NCBI RefSeq assembly: GCF_009914755.1
Contig: NC_060942.1
From: the human T2T-CHM13v2.0 reference genome, Homo sapiens
DNA length: 64,000 nt
Reading direction: 5' to 3' (one strand)
Shown: positions 46,058 to 61,020 of the stretch, one piece after another
Position numbering within the stretch: position 1 is the stretch's first letter
Layout: each line of letters starts with the position of its first letter
Position numbers and translations under genes: made by a program
Notes under the pieces: generated by a model
What the model was told of the DNA's origin: nothing
The model's database searches: none
The model's input: the letters and a program-made list of their open reading frames with translations, nothing else

Positions 46058-46703
46058 TTATGCCAGTTATCAATTCATTTCCTGTCAGTTCCAAACTCAA
46101 TTTTCATTGCCTGCTCTGCAAAAATGGAGTGGGGCCCTGTAAATACGTCCTTTGCAGCAGGCGGGCTGCTGCTCCTTCTCAGTAGAGGGCACTGAATAAG
46201 AAAGGCGTTTTTCTCTCTCTGGCCCTGGTGTGCATCTCACCAGGTGCCCACAGCAGGCAGTTTCTCCAGCACTGGCATCTGCCGTGTCCAGGGGCCAGCA
46301 GGAGCAGCTGCTCTCCCCAGCATGCCCCAGGGCAGCTTTGCAGCAAAAAATTCAGCTCCACCCTATGGACAGCTTCCCCCATTTCTCAGAGGGCAGATTT
46401 CCATCAGGTTCTGGGACAGCACCACAGTCACTTCTCTGCCCAGCAGTGAGTCACTACCATGCCCTCTCAACAGGTCTGGACCTCAGCCCTAAGGGGTAGA
46501 GAGCCTCTTCCCTGGATGTTTTATCTCAGCTCCCGGAGTAATAGCTACTTCTTACGCCTGTGATTCCTGCATTCTTTAGCGTTCTCCTGACTTTTTACTA
46601 GGCAATCTCCCATTATGCAATCATTTGAGTTAGTTAATACCTTTTATATTAAACTTTCAAATTACTGTGTGGTTTCTGTCTCCTAGTTGGACCCTAACTG
46701 ATA
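46058..46703 (+). mobile_element. ERVL LTR (LTR41-like) carrying a CTCF motif
   Basis: ttcattgcctgctctg...aatggag...ccctgtaaa...tcagtagagggcactg; 3' end gtttctgtctcct...ggaccctaactgata. Confidence 0.65.
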
Positions 46704-47018
46704 GCCAGTCACTTAGTTCTGAAGTCATGGGCCCTTTGTGCCTGGCATTCCCAACTTAGCTTTGTCACCTCCGGAGATCTACAGACCCAGCTAAATTGCT
46801 CTGAAAAGACCCTACCTGTGTGTGGTTCTTCCCCAGAATGGTGTGTGGCAGTGACTCTTTGGAGGCAATCAGGGATTAAAGCCTACATACCAGCCACCCA
46901 GCAAGCATCACATATGTGACGTGTGTTTATATGATCCAATTAGAAAAATGGACACACTGAAAACACATTTACAGATGGGCTCTATACCGCTAGAATCAAG
47001 GATTAAATTCAGCATTAA

Positions 47019-47348
<330 letters not shown>

Positions 47349-47740
47349 TCTGAAATATATTTTTGACACCAACAGTTGGCCATTCGTAGCCGGAAAGAAT
47401 GGGTCATAAATCTGATAGCTGGAAGAGACCTCAGAGATCCAGAGATCGATCCACAATCAGTCCCACCAAGTTTGTGGTCAGGAATCTGCCCTAGGCCACA
47501 AAGATATTTACCTATTTGCTCAAAAAGAAGGAACAAAGAAAGATCTTATAAATGCGTGAGACCACAAAGAGTGGAGGATGGGGCTATAATACAGGGCCTA
47601 CCCTCTGGTCACACCAGAAACAGATCTGGTGACTGATGAGGATGTAAAGGGTGACATTTTGGCCAAACGTAGAAACCACAGAGTTTTAAAGGTCAAAAAA
47701 ATCTTAGAATTTTTATTTTACCCCCTCCCCATTTTACAGA

Positions 47741-48099
47741 TACATCAGTCTGTTTTCATGCTGCTGATAAAGACATACCCGAGACTGGGCAATTTACAAA
47801 AGAAAGAGGTTTAATGGGCTCACAGTTCCACGTGGCTGGGGAGGCCTCACAATCATGGCAGAAGATGAAAGTCATGTCTCACATGGCAGCAGACAAGAGA
47901 AGAGAACTTGTGCAGGGAAACTGTCCTTTATAAAACCATCAGATCCTGTGAGACTTATTCACTATCAGAAGAATAGCATGGGAAAGACCTGCCCCTGTGA
48001 TTCAATTATCTCCAACCAGGTCTCTCCCACAACACGTGGGAAGTATGGGAGCTACAATTCAAGATGAGATTTGGGTGGGGACACAGCCAAACAATATCA
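47741..48099 (-). mobile_element. THE1B-like solo LTR inserted in a MIR
   Basis: 359 bp; exact 5-bp TSD ACAGA (47736-47740 and 48100-48104). The MIR core cccattttacaga|tgagggaactgaggc is rejoined when the LTR is removed. Confidence 0.92.
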
Positions 48100-48317
48100 A
48101 CAGATGAGGGAACTGAGGCCTAGGACTACAAAGTTGCTTGAGTGAACTCCACCTTTGGTCCTGCAGAGCTCACACAAAGTGGGGGCCAAGGCATTGCTCA
48201 GAGCAGCTGAAGACACCTTAAGCAACATCCTTGACATTTGTTGACTTATGACCTTTGGACAGTCATAAAACATATGCACACTACTCCCCCACATCTTTGA
48301 TGGCATATTCCCCTTGA

Positions 48318-48645
<328 letters not shown>

Positions 48646-49109
48646 AAAAATCAATATAATTTTTTAAAAATTAAAAATTACAGTTCAGCAGCCACCTCAA
48701 CAGACAAAGAGCCCCAGATACAGATACAGGGAGGCCTTGTTGGCTCCATTTCTTTGAGCCTCCTCAGATCCTCTCCCTGAATGTTTTCCCTCAAGGCCCT
48801 GCACCCAGGGACACTCCAGAATTTTCCTAACTGACTAGTGGAGTGTTACTGAGATTATTGTCATGGGAAGAAGGGCTGATGAAGGTGAATTTAGAGTGAT
48901 TTTGTAGACGGAAGAGCTGCAGCTTGGGGATCTCACACCAAGCTGGATCTTCCTGTGTCATTGTGGTGGCCATCATCATCATGGTGAGTATTTGAGGAGC
49001 ACTTGGCCCAAGGCAGTGCTGTTGTAACTGCTCTGTAGAGAGGAGAGAGCCCCAGGGCTACTTACTGGATCTCCCCAACCCTAGCCCACGCTCTCCCAAT
49101 TACCTGGCC

Positions 49110-50110
49110 TATGCATTTTTTTTCTATTGCTTCTGTAGTAAATTATCACAAATTTAATGGCTTAAATCAACCCCCATTTTTAATTCACAGTTCTTATGTA
49201 GTATGCTTTGGATGTTTGTCCCCTTCAAATCTCATGTTGAAATGTAACCTCCCGTGTTGGAGGTTGGCCCTGATGGGAGGTACTTTGACCACGGAGGCAG
49301 ATCCCTCGTGAATGGCCTGGCACCATCCCCTTGGTGACGAGTGAGTTCTCGCTCTGAGTTCACAGGAAATATGCTCGTTTAAAAGCTGGTGGCACCTCCC
49401 TACCCTCTCTCTTGCTCTTGCTGTGGCTCCTGTTGCTTTCTGCCATGATTGTAAGCTTCCTGAACAATCACCAGAAGCAGATGCCAGCACCATGCTTTCT
49501 GTATAGCCTGCAGAACTATGAACCAATTAAACCTCTTTTCCTTATAAATTACCCCGTCTCAAGTATTTCTTTAGAGTGACGCAAGATTGGGCTAACACGT
49601 TGCGGGTCAGAAGTCTGAGCACAGTGTGGCTCAACTGGTTTTCTGTTCAGATTCTCACAAGGCCAAAATCAAGGTGGTGGCAGGGCTGTGTCCTTTTCTG
49701 GAAGTCTCTATAATCCGTGTCCAGGGTTATAGGCTGTGGTGGGATTCAGTTCTGTGTGGGTGTAGGACTGTTTTCTTGTGGGTGCTCAACCAGGTCTGGT
49801 CCTTAGATTCTAGAGCCACTCATGCTGTCTGGCTTCTCACCCCTTTCAAAGCTGGCAGCAGCAAATCAAAAGCTGTGAGTCTTTTTATCCCCTACCTTCC
49901 TCATCTCTCCTGCTTTTCTCTTTCACTGAATCTCTCTGATTCTAGCCACAGAAATTTCTCTGCTTTTAAGGGCCAAGTGGTCAGTTTGGGCTTGTCTGGA
50001 AAATCCAGAAATTGCATCTACAAAACCCCATTAAAGCAGTACCTAGATTAGTGTTTGTTTGGATAACCAGTGATGGGAATCTAGGGGGACATCTTTAGAA
50101 TCCTGCCAAC
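49110..50110 (-). mobile_element. MLT1D/E-like LTR split by MSTB
   Basis: aattatcacaaatttaatggcttaaa...cacagttct|...|ggtcagaagtctgagcac...aaggccaaaatcaaggtg...gggacatctttagaatcctgcc. Confidence 0.75.
49199..49599 (+). mobile_element. MSTB solo LTR
   Basis: tttggatgtttgtcccttcaaatctcatgttgaaatg...aattaaacctcttttccttataaattacc. Confidence 0.85.
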
Positions 50111-50974
50111 CTTACCTGGCTGTGAACTACCTGGGAGTGAGGATCCCCTCTCCCCCAAGAAGAGAGGACGGGCCACTTGAGGTCTCAGCCCACTGCAAGG
50201 TCATTGTGGGGTAGAGATCAGAACTGGTGGCAGCCCCTTAGGCAGCTCAGTCACCATCCCCACCCCAGCCCCTTAGTTGTCAGCAGTCAGTCACTATCCC
50301 CAAAAACCTCCCTCCAGGACAAGGGGCAGACATCCCCTCTGTGTCTTCATCTGCAAAGTGAGGGTACTAATTGTGGTTCACAGTCTGAGACCCCTGGTCC
50401 TTCTGAAGTTCTCCAATGGTCAGTATTTAAAAATTGTATAATAAAATCATGTGTTTAGAAGCAGTAAGCCAAAACTGCTCAATTTACCCCAAGTCTGTGT
50501 GGCAGCTCTGATAATCAAATGAGGATCAGAGGCTCCAACTTGCCCTTCAATAGCTTTTGTATAGTTCCTGAATCATTTCTGAAAAACAAAAAGCAAGCAA
50601 ACAGATAACAACGTGAAGTAAATTTCAGACTGCTGAAAAATGGCAAGAATAGAACAAAGAATTCTCATATACACTTAACCCAGATTCCTCAAAAGTTAAC
50701 ATTGTATTACATTTACCAATTCCCCTCTCTCTCAATCTCTCTCCATCCCTCCCTCAATTTTCAAGCTGCTGGTAACAAGCTGCTATATTGTAACCAGTCC
50801 TCTGGAGGATCCTGAGGGGCATGATGAGGAATGGAGTAATACACACAAAAAACTGAAGCCTGCTGACAGCCACATGAGTCAGTTTGGAAGAAAATCCTTC
50901 AGCCCCACAGCCCTGCTAACAGTGTGCTTTTATACTTTTTACCTTTGCAGATCTAATAAATATGTGAGAAATAA

Positions 50975-51280
<306 letters not shown>

Positions 51281-51997
51281 CGAGAAATAATATATTTTAA
51301 TTAGTTTTAATTTGTCCTCTTATTAACAGTGATGTTGAGTCTTTTTTCATATATTTAAGGAACATTTTAACATATTTTTGTTAATTATTTGTTCATGTAT
51401 TTGCCCATTTTTCTCTCAGATATATATATTAGGAATATTAGACTTTTCTTATATATGCTGCAAATTTTTTTCCCAGATCTTCATTTTCTTTTGATATGCA
51501 AAAGTTATTTTCATTTTTATGTCGTTGAACTTATCAATCTTTTCTTTCATTTCATTTAGATTTTGAGACATAGAAAGCTTTTCCCTACATCCAGGTAATA
51601 AGTTACAGAGAAATTCATCAATGTTTTCTTCTAGCTCTTGTGTGGTTTCAGTTTTTACATTTGGACTCCTGACCTTGTTTATCTTTGTGTGTGGTATGAG
51701 GTATGGATCTAATTTTTATCTTTTTCCAAGTGGTTAACCAGTTGTCTCAGTATCATTTACTAAAAATTCCATCTCTGCCACAAGTGATTTAAGATGCCAC
51801 CTTTATCATATACTAAATTTTCATATGTAGTTTGGTCTATTTCTGGTGTGTGTGTTCTGTTCAATAGGTCTTTCTGCCTACTCGTGCAACAATATGAGAG
51901 TTTCAATTGTTGAGGCTTTATAGTATGTTTCAATGTCTGATAGGGCTAGCCTCCCTCATATATATGTTTTGGCTATCCCTGCATATTTATTTGCTTG

Positions 51998-52667
<670 letters not shown>

Positions 52668-53563
52668 TAAGCTTTAATATCAACTTGTCAGGGTTTTAAA
52701 AGTTTCTTGGGATTGTGTTAAATGTATAAATTAAAATAGAGAGGACTAACATCTTTATATTGCTGAGTTGCCCTATCCAAGAGCAAGCTTAATATTTGCT
52801 CAAACCTAAGTTTGTACCTTCAAGACCTTGTTTATCTTTGTGTGTGGTATGAGGTGTGGATCTAATTTTTATCTTTTTTCAAGTGGTTAACCAGTTGTCT
52901 CAGTATCATTTACTAAAAATTCCATCTCTAAAATTCCATCTCTAAAATGGGCGGAAAAAAAAAAAAAAGCATTGGGAATACCTGGTCTTTGAAACTTTGG
53001 TAGAATTATCCTATAAGACCATACGGGTCTGATGCCTTTTTTGTGTAAGAGTTCCTTGATAACTTTCTGTCTCTAATAGGATCAATTTTGGTAAACTCTA
53101 TTTTTTAAGGAAATTATCCCTTTCAACTCAGCCTGTAAGTGATCTAATGCTTATTAAACTTCTTTCATGTCAAGTTATTTCCTTGTTGCCGTTTCTTAGT
53201 TTATTTATTTATGCTTTCTACCCCCTCTTTTTTTCTAAGTTAGCTAGTAGTTTATCTGTTTGGTTACTTTTTGAATGGAGGTATTGATTTATTGATTGTG
53301 AGTTATTGTATTAGTTTTCTAGGGCTCCTGTAGCAAAGTACCCCAAAATGGATGGTTTAGGCAGCCGACGTTTATTCTCTCACAGTTCTGGAGGCCAGAA
53401 GTCAGCGTTTGGTCTCAGCTCCGTCATACTACTTTATGTTAAAATTACCACATTGTGTTGAAAGTGCTGTGTTTCTTCTTCTTTGTGATGAGTTTATTTT
53501 GCTCTTTTAGTTTTTAAAACAATTTCTTTTGGGATTTAGGAAGGTTTCAAGTGTTGTTCTACC

Positions 53564-54383
53564 GACACTTTTCAAAAGAAGACATACATGCAGCCAGCCC
53601 AATCATATGAAAAAATCTCAACATCACTGATGGTTAGAGAAATGCAAATCAAAACTACAAGGAGAAACCATCTAAGGCCAGTCAAAATGGCTATTACTAA
53701 AAGTCAAAAAGTAACAGATTCTGGCAATGTTGCAGAGAAAAAGGAATGCTTATACACCGTTTGTGGGAGTTTAAATTAGTTCAACCATTGTGGAAGACAG
53801 TGTGGTGATTCCTCAGAGACCTAAAGACAGAACTACCATTCGACCAAGCAATCCCATTACTGGGTCTATACCCAAATGAATATAAATTATTCTATTATAA
53901 AGACACATGCACATGTATGTTCATTGCAGCACTATTCACAATCGCAAAGACATGGAATCAATCCAAATGCCCATCAGTAATAGACTAGATAAAGAAAATG
54001 TGGTATATTTACACCATGGAATACTATGCAGCCATAAAAAGAATGAGATCATATCCTTTGCAGGGACATGGATTGAGCTGGAGGCCATCATCCTTAGCAA
54101 ACTGACACAGAAACAGAAAACCAAATACTGCACGTTTTCACTTATAAGAGGGAGCTAAATGATGAGAACACATGGACACATAGAAGGGAACAACAGACAC
54201 TGGGCCCTACCTGAGGGCGGAGGGTGGGAGGAGGGAGAGGATCCGGAAAAATAACTAATGGTTACTAGGCTTAATACCTGGGTGATGAAATCATCTGTAC
54301 AACAAACCCTCATGACTCAAGTTTACCTATTCAACAACCTTGCACATGTACCCCTGAATTTAAAATACTTGTTAAAAAAAAAA
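53564..54383 (+). mobile_element. 5'-truncated L1PA/L1PB (ORF2 end, 3'UTR, A-tail)
   Basis: gacacttttcaaaagaagacatac...gaaatgcaaatcaaaac...ggaggccatcatccttagcaaact...cacatgtacccctgaa plus A-tail. Confidence 0.92.
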
Positions 54384-54677
54384 GTTGTGCTCTAGTAGTT
54401 ATATTTGTACTCACAACGTTTTAAATGCCACTAGTCCCTTGTTAGTTTATTTTTATCTTTTACCACGTGGCTTTTAATTGTTTTCAATAAATTATTTAAT
54501 ACTATACTGAAATGTGTCTGTTGTACTCTTGAACACTCATCCACGAGATTGACCACAATTGCTGTGGCTTGCTGGTTTTTAATGGTATCCACCAACTGCT
54601 GGTGTCACAGTCAATGATATTGTTCTGCTTTTTCCTTTTCTGCTCCCTTCTCCTCCCACTTTTAGTTGCATTATTTC

Positions 54678-55597
54678 CCTACCGGAAAAATAAGCACTTT
54701 TTCTTTTCTCACACAGCCAACACAACACAGAACAGCTCTGGTCACTAAAATGGGGTGAGAAGTGCATTCCCCACACACTAAGCAATTCTCCAGAGACACT
54801 GGCTGGGTGTCCTATGATTCAACTCCATTCTGACACCACCTACCTGGATTTAGAGTCAGATCGCACAGGTTAAGGGCTCAGACCCACAAGACTGCACCCA
54901 TTTCAGACACTAATTCCAAGTAGTAGGTTGTCACCTATATGTCTTACTGATTGGCTATAAATTGGGGTTCCCATGACCCACTCTTTGGGTTTGGTTAATT
55001 TGCTAGGAAGGCTCACAGAACTCAGAGAAACACATTTACAAGCTTATGAGATTAATAGAGGATGTGACAAAGGACAGAGATGAAATTCAGGTAAAGAGGC
55101 GCAATAGGGTGAGGTCTGGAAGGGTCGTGAGTGCAGGAGCTCCTGTCATCAGGGAGTTGGGGTGCACCACCCTCCCAGCACACAGATGTGTTCAACCCTG
55201 AAGCTCTCTAAACCCCATAGTTCAGGTGTTTTATGGAGGCTTCACCCATCATGTAGGTGTGATCAACAATTAACTCGATAACCAGCTCCTCTCCTTTTCC
55301 CGGAGGTTGAAAGATGGAGGTGAACGTTCCAAGCTTCTCATTACGGTGTGGCCTTTCTGGTGACGATCCCCAATCCAGGAGTCCACCAAGAGTCACCTCA
55401 TTGGAACAAAAGACGCTCCTACTGCCCAGGAAATTCCAAATGATTCAGCAGCTCTGTGTCAGGATCCAAGATCGAAGCCAAATATTAGAACAAAAGATTA
55501 TCTCAGCATCTGTCTACAAGGGTTTTAGTAGGAGTTTGGTCTCAGGAACTGGGGGCAAAGATCAACAGATACATATTTCTTATTATTCACAGAATAT
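54678..55597 (-). mobile_element. MER21-like LTR
   Basis: agcaattctcca...ctgggtgtcct...ttctgacacc...ggttaagggctcag...ggctcacagaactcag...gagtcacctcatt. Confidence 0.75.
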
Positions 55598-55599
55598 AT

Positions 55600-57530
55600 G
55601 ACACATGGCATATAACATACAACATATAAAATACTATTCCTCCACCCTTGTTCTGAATTATTTTTATTCATGGATCTACAAATGACTATTAAGTGCTTAT
55701 TATAAATACTTCTGTTGAAGTTTTCCCATTCAGATGTTGGTTGAATGAAGTTCATCCTGTAGTTGATTCCTCAAGAGAGGCTCACAGAGAATTCTCTATA
55801 TTTTTGTTTGTTTAAAACTCTTTTTCTATAACCTTCATACTTTAAGCATAGCTTCACTTGATATAAAATATTTTGTACATATTTTCCATGACTCTGTTGG
55901 AAAATACTGCTTAGTTGTTGACATACGTGTACGTTGTTTTTGGGAAATCTGATACCAGTCTTATTCTCTTGTCCTTGAAGGTTATTTTATTTTATTTTAT
56001 TTTGAGATGGAGTTTTCACTCTTGTTGCCCAGGCTGGAGTGAAGTGGTACGATCTTGACTCACTGCAACCTCTGCCTCCCAGGTTCAAGGGATTCTCCTG
56101 CCTCAGCCTCCTGAGTAGCTGGGATTACAGGCATCTGCCACCATGCCCGGCTGGTTTTATGTATTTTTAGTAGAGACAGGGTATCATCATGTTGGCCAGG
56201 CTGGTCTTGAACTCCTGACCTCAGGTGATCCACCCGCCTCAGCCTCCCAAAGTGCTGGGATTACAGGTTGAGCCACCGCACCCTGCCAGGATTTTTTTCT
56301 TTATCTTTAAATTCTAATAGTTTCACTGGGATACGTCTCAGAGTTGATGATTTTTGGTTTATCCAGGTACTCAGTGGCCCCCTTCAGTATTGAGATTTCA
56401 GTTTCCTCATAATTCCAAAAGGTTTTCTTGCAATGTAGTAGTTTGATATATAAACTTTGTTCCAGCATTTTGTTTTTCTTCTTCATGGTCTTCAATTACA
56501 TATATTGTCTGCTTCTTCCATTTCAGTTGCTTTCTCTCTGAACTTTTTTCTTCTTTCTTTAGCTTATTTGTATTTTTTAGCTACTCTCCTGCCTTCCTTC
56601 AATGCTTCTTCTTAAATTTTCATTTCTGTCTATTATCCCTTGTGCAACTGGGAATGTATTTTTTATTCCTGAGATCATTTTGTCTTTTTCATTTTCTTTC
56701 CTGAGATCAATCAACTCTCTTTATTTCTTTCTATTTTTGTCTTTCTGGTTTAAGCTTTTTAATTTCTGATTGAAGATGATATTTTCTATCCTGAAATGTT
56801 TGTTTGATGAGATCTCACTGAATTTTGAGTGTAACGTGACTGTTGTCTTCTGCTTTGTGATCATTTGGGGGAGGAAGAGTTTGATGCACTGAGAGGTTCT
56901 CGTTGTTAAACTAGGTTTATATATATTTAGTTTGCTCTGCCTATTCATTTTATGGGATGGTTTACAAGACTACTAGTTAAGGGCCCCTCTCTGTCAGCGT
57001 AGGAAAGTGTGGTTTCTTTAATGGGTGGCTTGTTTTGGAGGGGCATGGGCGAAGGGTTATGCGAATGTTTTTTGCTTCTCTCTTGCCCTTCAGAGTCCTA
57101 AAGCTTCCCACTTATGCCCTGTCTTCCAAAGAATCTTCCTTCCTTTTAGCTTCTGCCCTAGAAGTGATGCCCTTGGAGACAGGTCACTTTGTATTTTTGG
57201 CGTAGGAGCCTCTCCTGTGGGCAGTAATCTTGGGTCAGTCTCAGACCCACCACTAGGCGGCCTCTCCTCTCCTCCATTCCCTTTTTCCCATACCGCCCTT
57301 GCTTTCCATTGTCTTGAGACCCGGACATGGGAAATGGCTTGCTGAGATTTGGTGTTCATTGCTCCACTCGCCAGCAGCTTAAAGTTTGTGAATTCTCCAT
57401 CTCCTACATGTGCTGAGGGTTGGGCTTCACATCACCTCGTCTGACCTTCCTGTTGTTGTCTACTGATTTTTGGAGGATATGTTGGGAGATTCAGATTAAT
57501 CCAGATGCTATTACTTCAACTTCCTAGAAT
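55600..57530 (-). mobile_element. Old L1 5'/ORF1-region remnants
   Basis: Strongly T-rich antisense sequence with L1 ORF1-like motifs (aaatctgataccagtct); highly diverged. Confidence 0.5.
55983..56287 (-). mobile_element. AluSq/Sp-like SINE with (TTTTA)n tail
   Basis: gagatggagttttcactcttgttgcccaggctggag is diagnostic of Sq/Sp. Confidence 0.92.
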
Positions 57531-60267
57531 TCTTTATATGTTTTTGATTAACATAAAAAGAAAAAAATTACTTGGTGTTTTAAAATTCAAAAACCTTTCA
57601 GCAAAATTAAATAGATTATAATTAATTTCCAGTTTTTGGAGGTCCCGGAAGGTGACTTTAGTTCTAACATGCAATTGGATGAACAAAATATTTCAACATG
57701 TGATGTCCTCGGAGAGAAAAGCAATAAAATGTGTCCTTGGTGGTGTTAATATCAGGAACCTCAGAGTGAACTTTTATGCCTGAATTCTTATCAGTGTGGT
57801 CACAGCCACAGTGACACTAACGGGGGACATCCCAGGCCCTAAGCCAGGAGGAGTAAACATGGCCCCTTCAGAAGCCCTCCCTCTCCAGCAAGCAGCCCTC
57901 CACTCACAGCTCATTACAGCCCTCCTTGGGTGTTTGGCTGAGGGATGTTCCCCCAATATAGGCACGAAATTTACCAACATCCTGGCATTTGTCTCAATCA
58001 AAGAAAAGAAAAAGATTGAGTCTATGGCCAAGTACGGGAAAACACTATGTGACTTCTTTGCCTCTTTTCTTTCTTGCCCTCAATAACCATCCTCAATAAC
58101 TGGTAAATAAGACAAATGGACCCAAGTGCATACACAGAGACACACTCACACACACATGCACGCCAAGCTGGAGCCATGCCCGCAGCCTAGCAAGGCCTCC
58201 CTTTCCTTCCCTCCAAGCACACGCGCCATCAGGGGTATCTGAGAGGCCTTGGTCAAAAAGGAGTGACAGGAACAGACAGCCCCGCCTCCACCCCACATGC
58301 TATGCTCCCAGCTTGGGGCTCCTGCCCAGGAGTCAGGGCCACAGAGGCCCTGCCCCATGTGCGGTCAGCACCACTCAGGGTTCTCAGAATCAGCTTACCC
58401 TCCAGGGGCCTGCATTGCTCATTAGTAGCCATCCCTAACATTCGTGCTCATAGAGTCCCCATGAGCTGATGGGTGGACTATAACATGGAATATTATGCTC
58501 AGTAAATGTTTGGTTTCGGGAGCTACAGTGGTGATCGTGAGGTGCAGAGGTTGAGTATGGGTCACCGTGGGGCCAGCCTGTCTTCCTTTGTTCCCTGCCT
58601 GCAGAGCCGGCCCCATCCTGGCTTGGGTGTGGGTTCAATTGCTCAGTGGTGTCACCGAGGTCTTTCCCACTTCCTACAAGCAGCCGCCAGGGGTAGGGTG
58701 CTGAAGCAGGGAGAAAGAAAACTACAATACGAAGATTTTCCCTCTCACCTCTGCAGTTTTTCTGTGGCTCCAAGGATTTTCTTTTGTGCAAAAACAAAAA
58801 GGAAAAAAGAGTCTTTCATCTGCCAAGATTTTTACTTACCACATATGAAAGGGTAGCGTCTTCTATGGATTTTTAAATGCCTTGAAATGGGTATCAAAGA
58901 GTCCGAGGCCCATTAATCTAAATTGCTTTAACACTTGGAGAAGAAAAAAAGGCATTTTCTAAAATCTGCAAATGAGACTAACCTACAAAATTATGCATTA
59001 AATGCTGGGGGAAAAAACTTTAGGTTTTCACTTGAAACAAGCATCTTTAAAAGGAAAGAAATATTTCTCCAATATTTAAAAATCATGTTTGAAACAGATA
59101 CGAAAAAGACAGATATGTACTTAGACTTGATGGAAAGACACAGGGGAAAAAATTCTAGTTCAGCTAAGACTAGCCACCAACAAGTTTCATTCAGTGAAAT
59201 TTCCCAAGGAGGATCAGCTCCTAGACAGGCTGTTTTTACCACCTTCTACATGAATCTCAATTTCTAAGTCATTTTTCTCCCTTGGAAAAAAGATACACAG
59301 TTTTCAAAGTTTAGAGCTGAATTCTCAACTGTTACAATTGGTAGGAAAGAGGTCATCTTACTTTTCAGTCTCTCCTATTTAAATTTATTATCCAGTACTT
59401 CAATAGTAAAAATAGAACGTAAGGCCTATAATATTTAATAGTCTTGATTTTTCAGCGCCAGCCAGGATGGGAAAGCCATAATAATATAATAACACCTTAA
59501 ATTTACATCCTGAATATCTCTAAGGAGCTAATAGACTTTTATCAGGCAATTTTAAAATCTGATTAATCCTGTCATCATGCCTGACAGGTCGGTACCTAGA
59601 TGGGGTCTTTGCACGGGCCGTCTCTGCTCAGCAGTGTGAGGCCGAGTTCCAGAGACCGCATCTCCAGCACCCACAGCTTCCCTCAGGCTCCTTCCCCGTC
59701 CCTTCTGAGCTGCTCTGATTCTGCTGGAGGAACAAGCTCTCTTCTAGAGGTCTAGAGGTCATGTTTGACTTTTTCCTAATTTTCCATATTATAGAAGAAA
59801 TACAAGCTAATGCAGAAAAACTAGAATATTCAGGCAAACAAGCTATTGGGGGAAATGACCCAAAACACCACAACCGAGAGACCACTATTATCATTTTGGC
59901 ACACATCCATCCAACAAAGCTGCTTCCCTGCACTCAGACATAAAGATAGGATTCTACTACATTTGTTTATATAAAACATAAATATAAAATATATGTACAT
60001 ACATACGTATATCACACACACACACAAACATCCCTTTAACAACGTATACACGTCAACATTTGTTAGTGGCTTCAGAGACTTTTGTTTTTTGCAAATACGA
60101 AACCTCTTTAGCTAAACAATTATTTCCAAGTATTTATCAATATCAACAGTGTTACCAATGAAAGATATATATTATTTATGATCTTCTAAAGTTATTTTCT
60201 TTTAAAATTTTTAATTAAATTTTACTCTTAATTGGCTTGAATTTTTCCCTAAAAATTTTTTAAATTA

Positions 60268-60390
60268 CAAATAATTTTCTTTAAAATGTTTTAAATTTAA
60301 AAGAATTTTCTTTAAAAATTTTTTAAATGTAAAAAATTTTTTCTTTAAAAAATTTTTAAAATAGAAAAAAATTTTTCTTTGAAAATTTTT
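60268..60390. repeat. AT-rich ~32-bp degenerate tandem repeat (4 copies)
   Basis: Units such as aaagaattttctttaaaaattttttaaatgt. Confidence 0.75.
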
Positions 60391-60549
60391 CTTTTTCTGT
60401 TTTATCTCCTTCTTCCACATTTGATCTCCCCCTATACTTCCAATATAACCAAAATTATTGGCTTGATTTCTATCTTTCCACGTACTTCTCTGTGTGTAGA
60501 GAAACACATATACATGTAAGAAGTAAAGTCTGCATTTCAAGAAAGTTAG

Positions 60550-61020
60550 TAAGTGAATTAGACAGGTGTGTTTAGCCAAAAACAACAGAAAGCCTAATGA
60601 ACTGCTGGTTAAAGAGGAATTTATTTTTATCATTAACAAGAAGATTGGAAACAGGAAGCTTGGGCGTGGGTTCAACTGCTCAGGGGTGTCACCGAGGCCT
60701 TCAGCTGGCTCCATCTCTGGGCTCTGCTATCCTTGGGTTCTTTTCATTTCATGTTTGTTGCCTCGTGTTCACAAGGTGGCTGCCCCAGACACATGCAAGT
60801 TTGGAGCATGAGAGGAAGAAGCTGCCTCTTAGGAGGAAACCAAGCATTCCCATCATAGACTTTCCTTTCATCCCATTGGCCAGAGCTGGGTCACATGGCC
60901 CTTCCTCACTGCAAAAGTACCTGGAAAGGCAAGAATTCGTATTGGCTGCCTTCAGTGAGCAAAGTGGCTTCCCACAGGGAAAAGGAGCAGAAATGGCTGT
61001 GGTGTTTGGTAACCACACTT
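60550..61020 (-). mobile_element. Old MLT1 (K/L/M-like) LTR
   Basis: aacagaaagcc...gttcacaaggtggctgccc...cccattggccagagctgggtcacatggcc. Confidence 0.6.
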
